NCBI GenBank assembly: GCA_963770565.1
Contig: CAVYQE010000001.1
Coordinates: 416,001-480,000, forward strand
Direction of reading: 5' to 3'
DNA: 64,000 bases
From: an uncultured Actinomycetota bacterium
Lineage (GTDB): Bacteria > Actinomycetota > Actinomycetes > JAFAQI01
The position numbers and the translations under genes are program-made. This document shows positions 1 to 10,143 of the stretch, piece by piece (positions within the stretch are counted from its first letter, which is position 1; each line of letters starts with the position of its first letter). Under the pieces are notes generated by a model. It was given only the letters and a program-made list of their open reading frames with translations, ran no database searches and had not been told where the DNA came from.

Positions 1-686
1 GGTGGACCAATTCGGTGGCACTAGTCCAACAGGGCAAGACGCAGTTTCGCCAACTACCAGTCGAGATCACCGACAGAACGCTCTCGGACGAGGAACGACT
101 TCGGGCCTGGATTTACATCCACCGGCAACGCAAGGAGTGGGACGCTAAAGAGAAGGAGATGGTCGCCTACCGCCTCGTCGATCTCGTCGGGAGAGCAAGC
201 GCGGCGAACATTCTCGGGGTCACGATTCGCGAACTGGACAAGCTTGTTCAGGTGTTCGAACTATCCGAGCGATTCGTCAATCTCAGAGAGCCGGGCTCGG
301 GGATCACATGGGCACGCGAACTGACCGGCGTGAGCAAAGCACTTCTGACACCTTCCATCACGGATGCGGTCGTACAGAAGGTGGCACGCAAGCAGATCAC
401 AAACTCGAAGGATCTTCGCAAGCTCCGCGTCATTTTGCGCGACCCGGTCGCGAAGGCGCACTTTCTCGAGGATGACTCCGACATAGATTCGGCATTGCTC
501 CGGGTTGCCAGCGCCAAACCAGTCAACACGGGACTTGAAGCACAGCTCGAGGCCGCCATGGACGCTGTGCGCCGGATGCCTTGGACCGACCTGCAGGAGC
601 TTCGGGGCGATCCGGCGATCCTCAAGACCATCGACGAGGCGACCAAACTGCTCGCCGACCTCCGAACGAACCTTCGAAGCGACTGA
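1..686 (+). CDS. ParB/Srx-like N-terminal-domain protein, 5'-truncated by window edge
   Basis: Frame is open from the window start (WTNSVALVQQG...), consistent with the end of a ParB 'GERRW' box. It is followed by a helical/HTH-like region (ASAANILGVTIRELDKLV). Confidence 0.6.
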   Translation, partial: WTNSVALVQQGKTQFRQLPVEITDRTLSDEERLRAWIYIHRQRKEWDAKEKEMVAYRLVDLVGRASAANILGVTIRELDKLVQVFELSERFVNLREPGSGITWARELTGVSKALLTPSITDAVVQKVARKQITNSKDLRKLRVILRDPVAKAHFLEDDSDIDSALLRVASAKPVNTGLEAQLEAAMDAVRRMPWTDLQELRGDPAILKTIDEATKLLADLRTNLRSD

Positions 687-1077
687 CGTGGGCAGCGCGA
701 GTCTTATGCCTTCTTGTGAGTTCGATCGAGATGAGCCGGCCTTGCGTTAGGCAGTGGGCGACCAAGGACCGGCAGTCTCTGCGTGCGCACCACGATCCGT
801 ACGTGTGGGTGGCGCATCGCGGTGACGATTTTGGTGCGCTCATGGTGTAGGCGCCGGCCGTCTCGCAACCGACAACCAGGTCGCTCTGGAACGAGTTGCG
901 ACCCCAGCGACCTCTCGCTGGTGGCGGCTCCGCGACAGCGGACAAATGCATTGAGGCTTCATCAGGTCATCGCGTTACGAGTTCGCCGTTGGCCCCGGTC
1001 GGGGTCGAGGGCCCCGTCGCGTGCCAGTGGTCTACACGCCAAGTGCAAACGTCGTTGCTCAGTGACAGAGTCGCGGT

Positions 1078-3177
1078 ATGCCTGATTCGGACTCGCCGCG
1101 TTCGGCGTGGCTAGAGACCCGGTTAGTGCCTGCTCGTGCGGCTTATCTCATCCGGGCTGGAAGCACCAGAGGACTTCGCCGAGCCGTCCAGGAGGCGTCG
1201 ACACGATGGGGTGGGGTCACTGAGCCGATTATCCCCGTTAGCCGAGGGGGTCGAATCGCACCATGGTGGCGGCAGGTTGTGGAACTCAGTTCCGTTGAGG
1301 GCCTCGTCGATGTTGACGCTGGTGACGACGGCGCGGTCCTGGCTGAACAGCTCCGCTTGCCGCTGGTCCCGATTGCTCAGATCGACCGTGCCGGTGTGAC
1401 CATGTGGACCTGCAACCCGGTCAGCCTGCCGGGTGGCGATCTCGCGCACGCACCGGTCATCGCAACGAGACGACGCCCGCTGTGGGAAGTGACCGCTGCC
1501 GGCGACGTCACCGACGAGCACGCGAGCAGCTTCGAAGCCGAGGGCATCCCATTTCGCCGGGCTATGAGCAACGACCAGGTGGCGCGCGCGATGGTGCTGA
1601 AGAGCACGCTCCTTGACCGGACGACGGCCGCATTCTGGGAGACCCGCGCGACCGGTGTCAGCGCACACCCTGCGTTGATCTGGCTGACGAAGGAGAACGG
1701 TTACAGGGACTGCTTGTGGTTCTGGAACCTGCGGGCGCTGCGGTCGTTGCGGTTTGACCCTGCGCCCATGTTGCTGCTGCCGGATGACGGTGTTGAAGAC
1801 TGGCTGCGCGTGGACGACGTCATCGCATCTGTCCTGTCTCGTCCCGACGAGTTCAAGCCGGACGTCGTGATGTCCAGCTTGGGCTGCGACGATGGCGCGC
1901 TGCACAAGATGGCCGAGCTGCTGGGGCTGAGGCACCATGAAGGTGAAGTCTCATCTGGGCATCGGTGGCCGACCTCGATGCGGTCGCCTCCGTACTCGTA
2001 TCTCACCCGCGTCGACTACCGCCTGTGGGTGGCGTTCGATCGTGAGTACGGCGAACCGGCTGAACAGCAGGTCCACTTCACGGCCGGGCAGGGATCGCTC
2101 AGGGTCGATTCCCCGGTGGCATTTCAATCCGGCGGTAACACTCTGCTACGTCTTCGCTCGGCAGCTTTCAACAGATACCCACGGCGAGACCATGTCGCCG
2201 GGCAGATAGTCCCGAACGGGGTTTGGCGAGGCGACCAGATCCAGATCGCGACGAGCTGTCTTCGCCACTATCGTCTCGAACTGTCGTTGCCGACATCGAG
2301 TGAAGTACTGGCCGAGCATCTGCGCCGATGCACTGTCGGGTATCGATTGTCGGGACAGGGACGCGTAGCCACCGCGCTGCTTGAACGCGCGGACCCTTCC
2401 GAGCTGCTGAGTCCGGGGCTGCCGCAGGCCGTGTCGGCGCTCACCACACCACGATCACGATCACTCGAAAAGGATCTTCATCGGCTTCGTGCCGAGGGAT
2501 CCTCCGATTCCGATCTCGTCGAGCTTGCTCACACGTGGGGCAGCCGCGGACCGCGTCGGTACCGATCGGCCCGCGAGGTGCGCAGCGAAGTAGGCAGCCA
2601 CCACCTTGAGGCCCTGGAGTCGCTGTGTGCGCTTGGTTGGTCGGAACGAGGGTTCGAAACGAACTGCCAACGATGTGGTGTCCGCACCTTCGTGCCGGTC
2701 GCTGACACGACCAAGGTCCCGACTTGCCCCGGCTGTCACGCGCGCACCGAGTTCACCGTTGTCGGGCCGGCGATCGAAATCTTCTACCGACTCGACACCT
2801 ACGTCGACCAGGCCAGCGATCAGGGCGCCGTTCCCCAGGCCATCGCCGCAGCGGCCCTCATTAGCCGCGATCCAGAGACGTTTGTCATGCCTGGGGTAGA
2901 GCTTGAGTTGCCGGATGGCACCAGCACAGAGATCGACTTGATCGCGGTTCATGGCGCTCGAATAGCAACTGGCGAGGTCAAGACCAGCCCTGCGGACTTC
3001 ACCGACTCGCAGCTAGAGAAGGACGTTCGCAAGAGCAAACTCGTTGACGCGGATGTTTATCTCATGGCGACGATCTATCCGTTGCCGGTCGGACGCGTCG
3101 ATATGGCTCGGACGATGGCATCCGAGGTTGGCCTCGAATTAGCTGTTCTCGACGGTGACGGTCTGATCTGGCCTTAG
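1078..3177 (+). CDS. Hypothetical 699-aa protein with C-terminal Zn ribbon and PD-(D/E)xK nuclease-like domain
   Basis: CQRC...CPGC zinc ribbon, followed by EIDLIAVHGARIATGEVKTS (D...E-x-K restriction-fold motif). Confidence 0.6.
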   Translation: MPDSDSPRSAWLETRLVPARAAYLIRAGSTRGLRRAVQEASTRWGGVTEPIIPVSRGGRIAPWWRQVVELSSVEGLVDVDAGDDGAVLAEQLRLPLVPIAQIDRAGVTMWTCNPVSLPGGDLAHAPVIATRRRPLWEVTAAGDVTDEHASSFEAEGIPFRRAMSNDQVARAMVLKSTLLDRTTAAFWETRATGVSAHPALIWLTKENGYRDCLWFWNLRALRSLRFDPAPMLLLPDDGVEDWLRVDDVIASVLSRPDEFKPDVVMSSLGCDDGALHKMAELLGLRHHEGEVSSGHRWPTSMRSPPYSYLTRVDYRLWVAFDREYGEPAEQQVHFTAGQGSLRVDSPVAFQSGGNTLLRLRSAAFNRYPRRDHVAGQIVPNGVWRGDQIQIATSCLRHYRLELSLPTSSEVLAEHLRRCTVGYRLSGQGRVATALLERADPSELLSPGLPQAVSALTTPRSRSLEKDLHRLRAEGSSDSDLVELAHTWGSRGPRRYRSAREVRSEVGSHHLEALESLCALGWSERGFETNCQRCGVRTFVPVADTTKVPTCPGCHARTEFTVVGPAIEIFYRLDTYVDQASDQGAVPQAIAAAALISRDPETFVMPGVELELPDGTSTEIDLIAVHGARIATGEVKTSPADFTDSQLEKDVRKSKLVDADVYLMATIYPLPVGRVDMARTMASEVGLELAVLDGDGLIWP

Positions 3178-3409
3178 CGCGCGAAGCCGACACCGGCGCC
3201 ATTCTCGTGCCAGTTGAGAAGAGATTTGCCGGGTCCTGGTCCGCAACCGCTTGGCGCTCCTGCTGGCTGGAGCAGGCCGGGACGATGGTGCCAGCGTGGT
3301 GGCCTAACTTCACGTTCGCGCTGGTTCGCTGCCGTTCGTCGCTGTGAAATCCCTTTGCTTTGAGCGTAAGCGGACCGCAGCGGACCACTGCGAATGTGCA
3401 TCGGTGACA

Positions 3410-3452
3410 CTTTTAATCCGTAGGTTGTGGGTTCGAGTCCCACACGGCCCAC
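3410..3452 (+). mobile_element. att site: 3' fragment of tRNA-Lys(UUU), copy 1
   Basis: CTTTTAATCCG anticodon loop/stem, T-arm GTGGG-TTCGAGT-CCCAC and acceptor strand ACGGCCCA. No D-arm or 5' acceptor strand upstream. Confidence 0.85.
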
Positions 3453-3591
3453 TATCTGCGCAGGTCAGAGGCATGATCAACGATCTTGAGGCCAAAATCG
3501 TTGGTGCGGATGGAATCCGCAGGTGCTTCCGGGCCGATTCGGGGTCTGACCTGGGCCGTTGCTGAGAGCTCGTGGCGTAACGGGACCGGCA

Positions 3592-3613
3592 TGGGGACAA
3601 GATGGGGACACGG
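3592..3613 (+). repeat. 22-bp direct repeat, copy 1 (putative integrase arm-binding sites)
   Basis: TGGGGACAAGATGGGGACACGG, identical to 20544-20565. Contains TGGGGACA twice at 11-bp spacing. Confidence 0.8.
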
Positions 3614-3842
3614 CGACGCTCTGACGACACGCGCGGCGTCCCGTCAGGTCGTCCGTTCGAGGATGTCGGCGACGTTGAACTTCCAGTTCTTGTGTAGGGC
3701 GTCGCGGACCGTTCATCGGACCGCTCGGGTCAGTGCGCTCCCGTCGAATCTGTTGGCGCGACGGCCGACGGAAAGGTCCGCAAACCCAGACGAGATCATC
3801 CGCATACCCTGCGTTATCGAATGCCCACGGGAGAGGCCAAGG

Positions 3843-4772
3843 ATGACGACGCCGGTGGTGCAAGGGACGGCGATCGACGCCCGGTCACTGACCAAGTCCT
3901 ACGGAAGTCAACGCGGCATCGTTGAGGTGGACTTGGCCGTCACCGTCGGCGAAGTGGTCGGGCTCGTCGGCGCCAACGGCGCGGGAAAGACCACCTTCAT
4001 CCGTACAGTTTTGGACTTCATCCGTCCGAGCGGCGGCGAGCTACGGGTGTTCGGGCTGGACAGTGTCCGGGATTCCGTCGAGGTGCGGCGCCGAACCGCC
4101 TACCTTCCGGGGGACCTCGTCCTGCCACCTCGACTCAGGGGCTTCGAGGCGCTGCGCCGGTATACCGCGGTGCGGTCCGCGCTCGAGCCGGCCCGGGTCC
4201 GCGCGCTGGCTGCTCGTCTTGACCTGGACCTCTCGCGTCGCGTGGAGGACCTGTCGAAGGGGAACCGGCAGAAGGTCGGGTTGATGCTCGCCTTCGCGCC
4301 GCGGGTCGACCTGCTGGTGCTCGATGAACCGACCAGCGGGTTGGATCCGCTGCTGCAACGGGAGTTCGCGAGTCTGGTGAGTGAGGCCGCGAATGACGGC
4401 GCGACAGTCTTGCTTTCCAGCCACGTGATGTCCGAGGTCGAACAGGTCGCCCAGCGGGTCGCGTTGATGCGTGACGGGCGGATCGTCGCGGTCGATGACC
4501 TGGCCTCGCTCCATGCCAGGGCACGTCGGCGAGGACGAATCCGTCCGCTCGATCCCAGCGACCTCCCGCGGATCGCCGATGCACTGCGCGCCATCGCGAG
4601 CATCACGGACTCGACCATCGATGGTGACGTGGTCGCGTTCGCCTGCGTCGGCACGATGGACGACGTGATCAAGACGCTGGGAAACTTCGGGGTCGCCGAA
4701 CTCGACGTCGCGCACAGTGACCTCGAGGACGCGTTCTTCTCCGCCTACGACGACCCGGCTAACTCCGGATGA
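3843..4772 (+). CDS. ABC transporter ATP-binding protein
   Basis: Walker A GANGAGKT, signature LSKGNRQK, Walker B LLVLDEPT, H-loop SSH; ATG at 3843 with GGAGAGG upstream. Confidence 0.92.
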   Translation: MTTPVVQGTAIDARSLTKSYGSQRGIVEVDLAVTVGEVVGLVGANGAGKTTFIRTVLDFIRPSGGELRVFGLDSVRDSVEVRRRTAYLPGDLVLPPRLRGFEALRRYTAVRSALEPARVRALAARLDLDLSRRVEDLSKGNRQKVGLMLAFAPRVDLLVLDEPTSGLDPLLQREFASLVSEAANDGATVLLSSHVMSEVEQVAQRVALMRDGRIVAVDDLASLHARARRRGRIRPLDPSDLPRIADALRAIASITDSTIDGDVVAFACVGTMDDVIKTLGNFGVAELDVAHSDLEDAFFSAYDDPANSG

Positions 4773-5575
4773 CCGGATCTCCGGGGGTTCGGATGCTCCG
4801 CAGCGAGCTTCGGCTGTCGTTGCGGTCGGTGCTGGTGTGGTCGGTGTCGATCGCGGCGCTGGTCGTCCTGGTCGTCGGGGTCTATCCCTCGATCCGTGGC
4901 AACCACTCGTTCGACTCCTTGTACGGCAACCTGTCCCCCACGATGCAGGCGCTTCTCGGCGGCTCGAGTCTCACCTCGGCGACCGGCTATCTCAGCACCC
5001 AGCTCTTCGCGTTCTTCCTGCCCGCTGTGATGCTCGTCTTTGCGATCAGCCGAGGCGCTGCGGCGGTTGCCGGCGAGGAGGAGCAACACACCCTCGACCT
5101 GCTGCTCGCCCAACCAATTCGACGCAGGAACGTCTACCTGCAGAAGTCCGCCGCCGTCCTGGCCGGTATCGCGGCGTTGACCGTCGCGAGCTGGATCCCG
5201 TTAGCAGCGATGGACTCGGCGGTCCGGCTCAACGTGGCCCTCAGCAACCTGACCGGAATCTGTCTGCAGATGGGTTTGTTCTGTTGCGTCCTCGCCCTCA
5301 GCGCACAGGCGGTCGCGACAGCGTTCGGCCGGCGGGTCGCAGGCATCGCCGCCGTGGTCGCCTACACGGTGGTCGGATACGTCCTGTACGGGCTCAGCAT
5401 GACGGTGCATCCGCTGTCCTACCTGCGACCGTTCCTGGTCTGGCGCTGGTACCTGTCCAACGACCCACTCCACACCGGCACCGGCGCTACGGAGGTAGGT
5501 GTCCTGCTCGCCGTGTGCGTCGCCGCTGAGATCGCGGGCGTCCTCGCGTTCAACCGCCGGGACCTGCGCAACTAA
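4769..5575 (+). CDS. ABC-2 type permease
   Basis: About 6 TM segments, GEEE..TLDLLLAQP motif, ATGA overlap with the ATPase gene. Confidence 0.88.
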   Translation: MTGSPGVRMLRSELRLSLRSVLVWSVSIAALVVLVVGVYPSIRGNHSFDSLYGNLSPTMQALLGGSSLTSATGYLSTQLFAFFLPAVMLVFAISRGAAAVAGEEEQHTLDLLLAQPIRRRNVYLQKSAAVLAGIAALTVASWIPLAAMDSAVRLNVALSNLTGICLQMGLFCCVLALSAQAVATAFGRRVAGIAAVVAYTVVGYVLYGLSMTVHPLSYLRPFLVWRWYLSNDPLHTGTGATEVGVLLAVCVAAEIAGVLAFNRRDLRN

Positions 5576-5732
5576 CCCGCGGTCCTCCCGAGCCGTGCCA
5601 ACGAGCGCATGAACCACGGGCTTGAAGCCGGCTGATCAAACAACGGCACAACGGTGCCGGGCTAGGGTCGTCTGCGGTGCGCCGGGAAGTCTGGTCGGCA
5701 GTCGGTCAACGTTGCCTAACCCCGAGGATCCT

Positions 5733-7217
5733 GTGCCGGACACCATCGCCTTCGCTGAACTGCTGCTGGCACTGTCGCTCGCAGCGACCGTTGCGGTCCT
5801 GTCCAACCGGATCAGCGCCCTCACCCGGGTGCCGGCGCCGCTGTTCTTCCTGGCTGGGGCCGCCGTCGCCGTCACTGTCGTGACGAAGCTGAACGCCCCA
5901 CCGGAGCGAACCGTGGAACGGCTGGTCACGGTCTGCCTGATCTGCATTTTGTTCGACGGTGGCATGCGGATCGGTCGTGATCGGTTCCAAGCCGCGATGA
6001 CCCCGATCTTGCTGGTGGGGGTGGCGGGAACGTTCCTGACCACCGCCGCCGTGGCTGTGCTGGTCAATCTCGGGTTCGGTTTCAGCTGGTACGCCGCGGT
6101 GCTGCTCGGCGCGGTGTTGGCGCCGACCGACCCCGCGGTGGTGTTCTCGGTGCTCGGTCGACGCGAGATCACTGGCCGGTCGGGCACCATCCTCGAAGGC
6201 GAGTCCGGCGCCAACGACCCGGTCGGCATTGCGCTGGTAGCCAGTCTGCTCAGTGTGGGCCGCTTGACCGGCGGCAGTGTGGGACACGTCACTGGGCTCT
6301 TTGTGTTGCAGATGGGCGTCGGAGCGGTCGTCGGGGTAGTCGGTGGGATAGGGCTGCTGTGGTTTATGCGGCGGATCGCTCTGCCGAGTGAAGGGCTCTA
6401 TCCGCTGCGCACGCTCGCGTTTGTCTTTGTCCTGTATGCGGTGGCCGCACTGCTGCATGGGTCCGGATTTCTCGCGGTCTTCGTCGCCGGCATCGTCGTG
6501 GGCGATGAGCGCGCGCCGTTCAAGCGGGAGGTCGAACGCTTCCATTCCGCGCTTGCCAGTCTCGCGGAGATCGCCGCGTTCGTCGTCCTCGGTCTCACGG
6601 TCACGTTGCGGGATCTGGTCCGTCTCGACGTGTGGGTCCCCGTCGTGGTCATTGCAGTAGTTCTCGCCGCCGTCATCCGGCCGTTGTGTGTCGGGGTGTG
6701 CCTTGCCCGGGCCGGGCTAAGGCGTAACGAGATGGGCTTCGTCCTGTTCGCTGGGCTCAAGGGCGCCGTGCCGCTTCTGCTCGGTACAACGTTGCTCGCG
6801 GCGCGCGTAGACGCCCCGACCCGGCTGTACAGCATCGTGGTCGGGGTCGTTGTGCTTTCCGTACTCGTTCAAGGCAGCCTGGTGCCCTGGGTCGCGAGCC
6901 GGGTACGGCTGCCGATTCGGCTGGTGCAACCTCAGCCGTGGGCCTTCGGCGTTCGACTCACCGACGAACCGACCGACGTCCTACGCCTGACCGTACGGCC
7001 TGGCTCGGCAGCGGTCGGACAATCGATCCGGCAGTTCGGTGAAAGCGCCTCGGACTCGGAGGAGTTGTGGGTCCACCTCATCGTCCGAGACGGCAGACTG
7101 CTCTCGACCCACGGTGATACGACCCTCGAGGCGGGTGATGAACTCGTCATCTCCGCCGACCCCGCCTCGCACCTGCGCATCGAAACCCAAGTCGCCGGTC
7201 CGTCGTTACTGCACTGA
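5733..7217 (+). CDS. Cation:proton antiporter (CPA1, NhaP2/CvrA-like) with C-terminal TrkA-C domain
   Basis: ILFDGG, APTDPA, LEGESGANDP and GLKGAVP motifs; RCK_C-like tail. Confidence 0.88.
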   Translation: MPDTIAFAELLLALSLAATVAVLSNRISALTRVPAPLFFLAGAAVAVTVVTKLNAPPERTVERLVTVCLICILFDGGMRIGRDRFQAAMTPILLVGVAGTFLTTAAVAVLVNLGFGFSWYAAVLLGAVLAPTDPAVVFSVLGRREITGRSGTILEGESGANDPVGIALVASLLSVGRLTGGSVGHVTGLFVLQMGVGAVVGVVGGIGLLWFMRRIALPSEGLYPLRTLAFVFVLYAVAALLHGSGFLAVFVAGIVVGDERAPFKREVERFHSALASLAEIAAFVVLGLTVTLRDLVRLDVWVPVVVIAVVLAAVIRPLCVGVCLARAGLRRNEMGFVLFAGLKGAVPLLLGTTLLAARVDAPTRLYSIVVGVVVLSVLVQGSLVPWVASRVRLPIRLVQPQPWAFGVRLTDEPTDVLRLTVRPGSAAVGQSIRQFGESASDSEELWVHLIVRDGRLLSTHGDTTLEAGDELVISADPASHLRIETQVAGPSLLH

Positions 7218-7239
7218 ACGGCTGCACAGTCAGCTCACA

Positions 7240-7461
7240 TTAACGGTGCATCGGATGCAGGATCTGGTCGAGCGCGCGACGCCGACAGCGCCAGCAGCGG
7301 TGATGCGGTGAGACCGGGCTTACGCGCAGGTGACCACAGTCGGGGTAACGCGGTCCCGACCACGGGGTGAGGATGCTGAGCACACCGATCCACTCCATGT
7401 AGGCAGTTGCGACGAGAAGCACAATGCCGAGAACGATGATGATCGCGAGATATCCGGTCAT
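7240..7461 (-). CDS. Small membrane protein with Cys/His motif
   Basis: N-terminal TM helix, CGH...CWRC, RBS AAAGGG, last gene of the minus-strand operon. Confidence 0.6.
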   Translation of the reverse strand: MTGYLAIIIVLGIVLLVATAYMEWIGVLSILTPWSGPRYPDCGHLRVSPVSPHHRCWRCRRRALDQILHPMHR

Positions 7462-7478
7462 TTGTGGCCCTTTCTAGG

Positions 7479-7760
7479 TCATGACCCCTGCTCGGTATTG
7501 ACGGTGACCCGAACCAGTTCGCCAGGTGGGAGGCGGGTGAACCGGTTGTAGATGACGCGCGGCTTCTGGTCGCCGAACACACGCCGCCGCGCCTCGGCAA
7601 CGAGCGCGAGATTCCGCCGGTCGGTGACCTCCACGGTCAGCGAACGCGCAGCGGATAGCCGCTGGCCCAACCCGTCGAGGAAGTCACTGAGCCGGCGGAA
7701 GCAGACCAGCGCTTGCGCATCGACGGTCCCGCCATCGGCCTCAAACTTGGCGACGGTCAC
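7479..7760 (-). CDS. Degenerate RidA/YjgF-like protein
   Basis: GTGA overlap with the CLC stop and GAGGAG RBS; pattern AQALVCFRRLSDFL...LTVEVTD...ARRRVFG resembles the RidA core. Confidence 0.45.
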   Translation of the reverse strand: MTVAKFEADGGTVDAQALVCFRRLSDFLDGLGQRLSAARSLTVEVTDRRNLALVAEARRRVFGDQKPRVIYNRFTRLPPGELVRVTVNTEQGS

Positions 7761-9667
7761 GCTCGACTCCTCACTCCTGAATCCGTGCAACTATCCGACT
7801 GCTCTGTGCCTCTCGGAGCGCCGGCAACAGGGTCGACGCGACTGGTCCCCGCAGCGTCGGTGGCCCGATGCGGTTGCTCGTCCGAATGACTGCCGTGGAC
7901 GTGGTTGCTGTAAGCACGGAGGACGTCGCGGTGGGTGAGCCAGCCCGCAACCGCGGCACCCTCGATGACGGGTAACCCGGAGCGGTCGTTGGTGATGAGC
8001 ACGCGAAGGGCGTCCTCCAGGGTCTGCTCGGCCCGGATTGTGGGCGTGAGTACCGCAAGGTCGCCGGCGGTGGCATCGACCGCATCGTCACGGGCACCGG
8101 CCTCGAGCTGTGCCGAGGTGACGGTTCCTCGGTACCGCCCATCGGGGTCAATGACTGGCAGGGCGTCGGCGTCCTCGCCGTCGAAGCGGTCGATGATCTC
8201 GGCCAGCGGCGTGGCCTGCGCGAGCGGGTTCGGTACGGGTCGCATCGCGTCACGGACCGTCAGGATGGTCATGACGTTCGTGGCGCGGCTGCGCATGATG
8301 TCGATGCCCCGCCGGCGGAGCTTGAGGGTGTAGATGGTGTCGGCGGAGAGCAGGTTCGACATGCCGGCGGCGAGCACGATCGCGGCCATCAGCGGCAGGA
8401 CGATCCGGTAGTCGGCGGTCAGCTCGAAGATGATTAGTACGGCGGTGATCGGGGCGCGCGCGGCACCGGCGAACACGGCACCCATGCCGATCAGCCCGTA
8501 GGCGCCAGCGGGTCCGGCCACACCGGGGAACAGCATGTGCGCGAGGTCGCCGAGTGCCGTGCCGAGCATCGCTCCCATAAACAGAGACGGTGCGAACACC
8601 CCGCCGGAGCCACCGATGGCGATGGTGAGGCAGACGGCGAGCAGCTTCCCGGCGAGGAGCAGGATGAGGAAACCACCGTGGTAGTGCCCTTCGATTCCGG
8701 CTTCGAGCACCGGGTAGCCGACGCCGTACATCTGCGGGAGCGCGAGCAGCAGCCCGCCGAGCAGCACCCCCCCGGTGGCAGGCCGCAGCCACATCGGGCC
8801 AGGCCACCACCGGTCGAACAGGTCCTCCATCCCATAGAGCGCCCGGATGAACGCCACGCCGACAAACGCCGCGACCAGACCGAGTAGGGCGTAGAGGAGG
8901 TAGTCCCACCCGGAGGTGACGGTGAAGCCCGGCAGCGCCAGGAAGGCCGCGTTACCGAACGCCGCGCGCCCGATCACGTCCGCGGTAACCGACGACAACA
9001 CCACGATTCCAAAGGACTCGGTGGCGAAGTCGCGCAGGATCATCTCGAGGCCGAAGAAGACACCGGCGAGCGGCGCGTTGAACGTCGCCGAGATTCCGCC
9101 GGCTGCCCCGCAGGCCACCATCAGCCGCAGCCGGCTCTCCGGAAGCCGCAGCCGTTGGCCGATCGTGGATCCGAGCGCCGAGCCGATCTGCACGATCGGG
9201 CCCTCCCGACCCACGGACCCGCCGGTGCCGATGCACAGCGCCGAGGCGAGGGACTTGACCACCGCGACGCCCGGTCCGATCCGCCCGCCGCGTTCCGCGA
9301 CCGCGAGCATGACCTCGGGGACGCCGTGGCCGCGGGCCTCTTTCGCGAACCGGTCGATCAGTGGTCCGTAGATCAGGCCGCCGATCACCGGGACCAGCAG
9401 CACGAAGTAGACTCCGAGCCCGGGAAAGTGCGGGCTGCCGACCCGACCGGCGTTGCTGTAGTCGTGCCTGCCGGTCGCGAGCTCGGTCACCCAGAGGATG
9501 AGGTAGCGGAACAGCACGGCGCCGGCACCGGCGCCCGCACCGACCAGGAGGCCGAGCGGGACGAGCCCGAACGCCGATCCGCGGACCCAGTCGAACGCCG
9601 TGTCCCGAAGATCACTCGGCAACGGCAGCCTGACGGTGGGCGTCCAGATCCGTCGCTGCTCGCTCAC
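7757..9667 (-). CDS. CLC chloride channel/Cl-:H+ antiporter with CBS pair
   Basis: GHGVPEV, GREGP (gating Glu present), GGVFAP, FNAPLAG, two C-terminal CBS domains. Confidence 0.92.
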   Translation of the reverse strand: MSEQRRIWTPTVRLPLPSDLRDTAFDWVRGSAFGLVPLGLLVGAGAGAGAVLFRYLILWVTELATGRHDYSNAGRVGSPHFPGLGVYFVLLVPVIGGLIYGPLIDRFAKEARGHGVPEVMLAVAERGGRIGPGVAVVKSLASALCIGTGGSVGREGPIVQIGSALGSTIGQRLRLPESRLRLMVACGAAGGISATFNAPLAGVFFGLEMILRDFATESFGIVVLSSVTADVIGRAAFGNAAFLALPGFTVTSGWDYLLYALLGLVAAFVGVAFIRALYGMEDLFDRWWPGPMWLRPATGGVLLGGLLLALPQMYGVGYPVLEAGIEGHYHGGFLILLLAGKLLAVCLTIAIGGSGGVFAPSLFMGAMLGTALGDLAHMLFPGVAGPAGAYGLIGMGAVFAGAARAPITAVLIIFELTADYRIVLPLMAAIVLAAGMSNLLSADTIYTLKLRRRGIDIMRSRATNVMTILTVRDAMRPVPNPLAQATPLAEIIDRFDGEDADALPVIDPDGRYRGTVTSAQLEAGARDDAVDATAGDLAVLTPTIRAEQTLEDALRVLITNDRSGLPVIEGAAVAGWLTHRDVLRAYSNHVHGSHSDEQPHRATDAAGTSRVDPVAGAPRGTEQSDSCTDSGVRSRA

Positions 9668-10143
9668 AGCGCCATGCCGAGCGCCAACGTGCGTTCCGGC
9701 GCCTCACCCGCGGCGGCGTTGAACACCCGCAGGGCATCAATCAGCCGCAGCTGCTCAGCCGCCGGGATTCTGGCCAGCACCCGGCGCAGCTCACGACGCC
9801 GTCGGTTCGTGACCTCGCTGACCAGTGCCCGTCCGTCCGCCGACAGGCGCAACTCGACCTCGCGCCGGTCACTGTCGCGATGAATTCGCTCCACCAGTTC
9901 TTTGCGGACCAACCGGTCGCACATCCGGGTGGCAGTGGACGGGCTGACGTCCAGCGCGTCGGCCAGGTCGACCGGCCGCAGCCGGTCACGGCTGGCAAGG
10001 ACTACCAGCGCCCGGTACTGAGGAAGTGTCACCTGGTCCTCAACCTGCGCAAGCGAGCGAGCCGCGATCGCCACCAAAGCACGGCTCGCCGTTACCAGCA
10101 GATCGGTGGCCGAATCCGACCCCGCAGCCCCAGTTCGCTCCAT
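9664..10143 (-). CDS. MarR family regulator
   Basis: TLPQYRAL, wHTH, DRRE motif; overlaps the CLC start. Confidence 0.9.
   Translation of the reverse strand: MERTGAAGSDSATDLLVTASRALVAIAARSLAQVEDQVTLPQYRALVVLASRDRLRPVDLADALDVSPSTATRMCDRLVRKELVERIHRDSDRREVELRLSADGRALVSEVTNRRRRELRRVLARIPAAEQLRLIDALRVFNAAAGEAPERTLALGMAL

Noticed and set aside
3380-3452. Complete tRNA-Lys gene (also 20650-20720)
   Set aside because: No 5' acceptor strand, D-arm or 5' anticodon stem; these are only 3' halves
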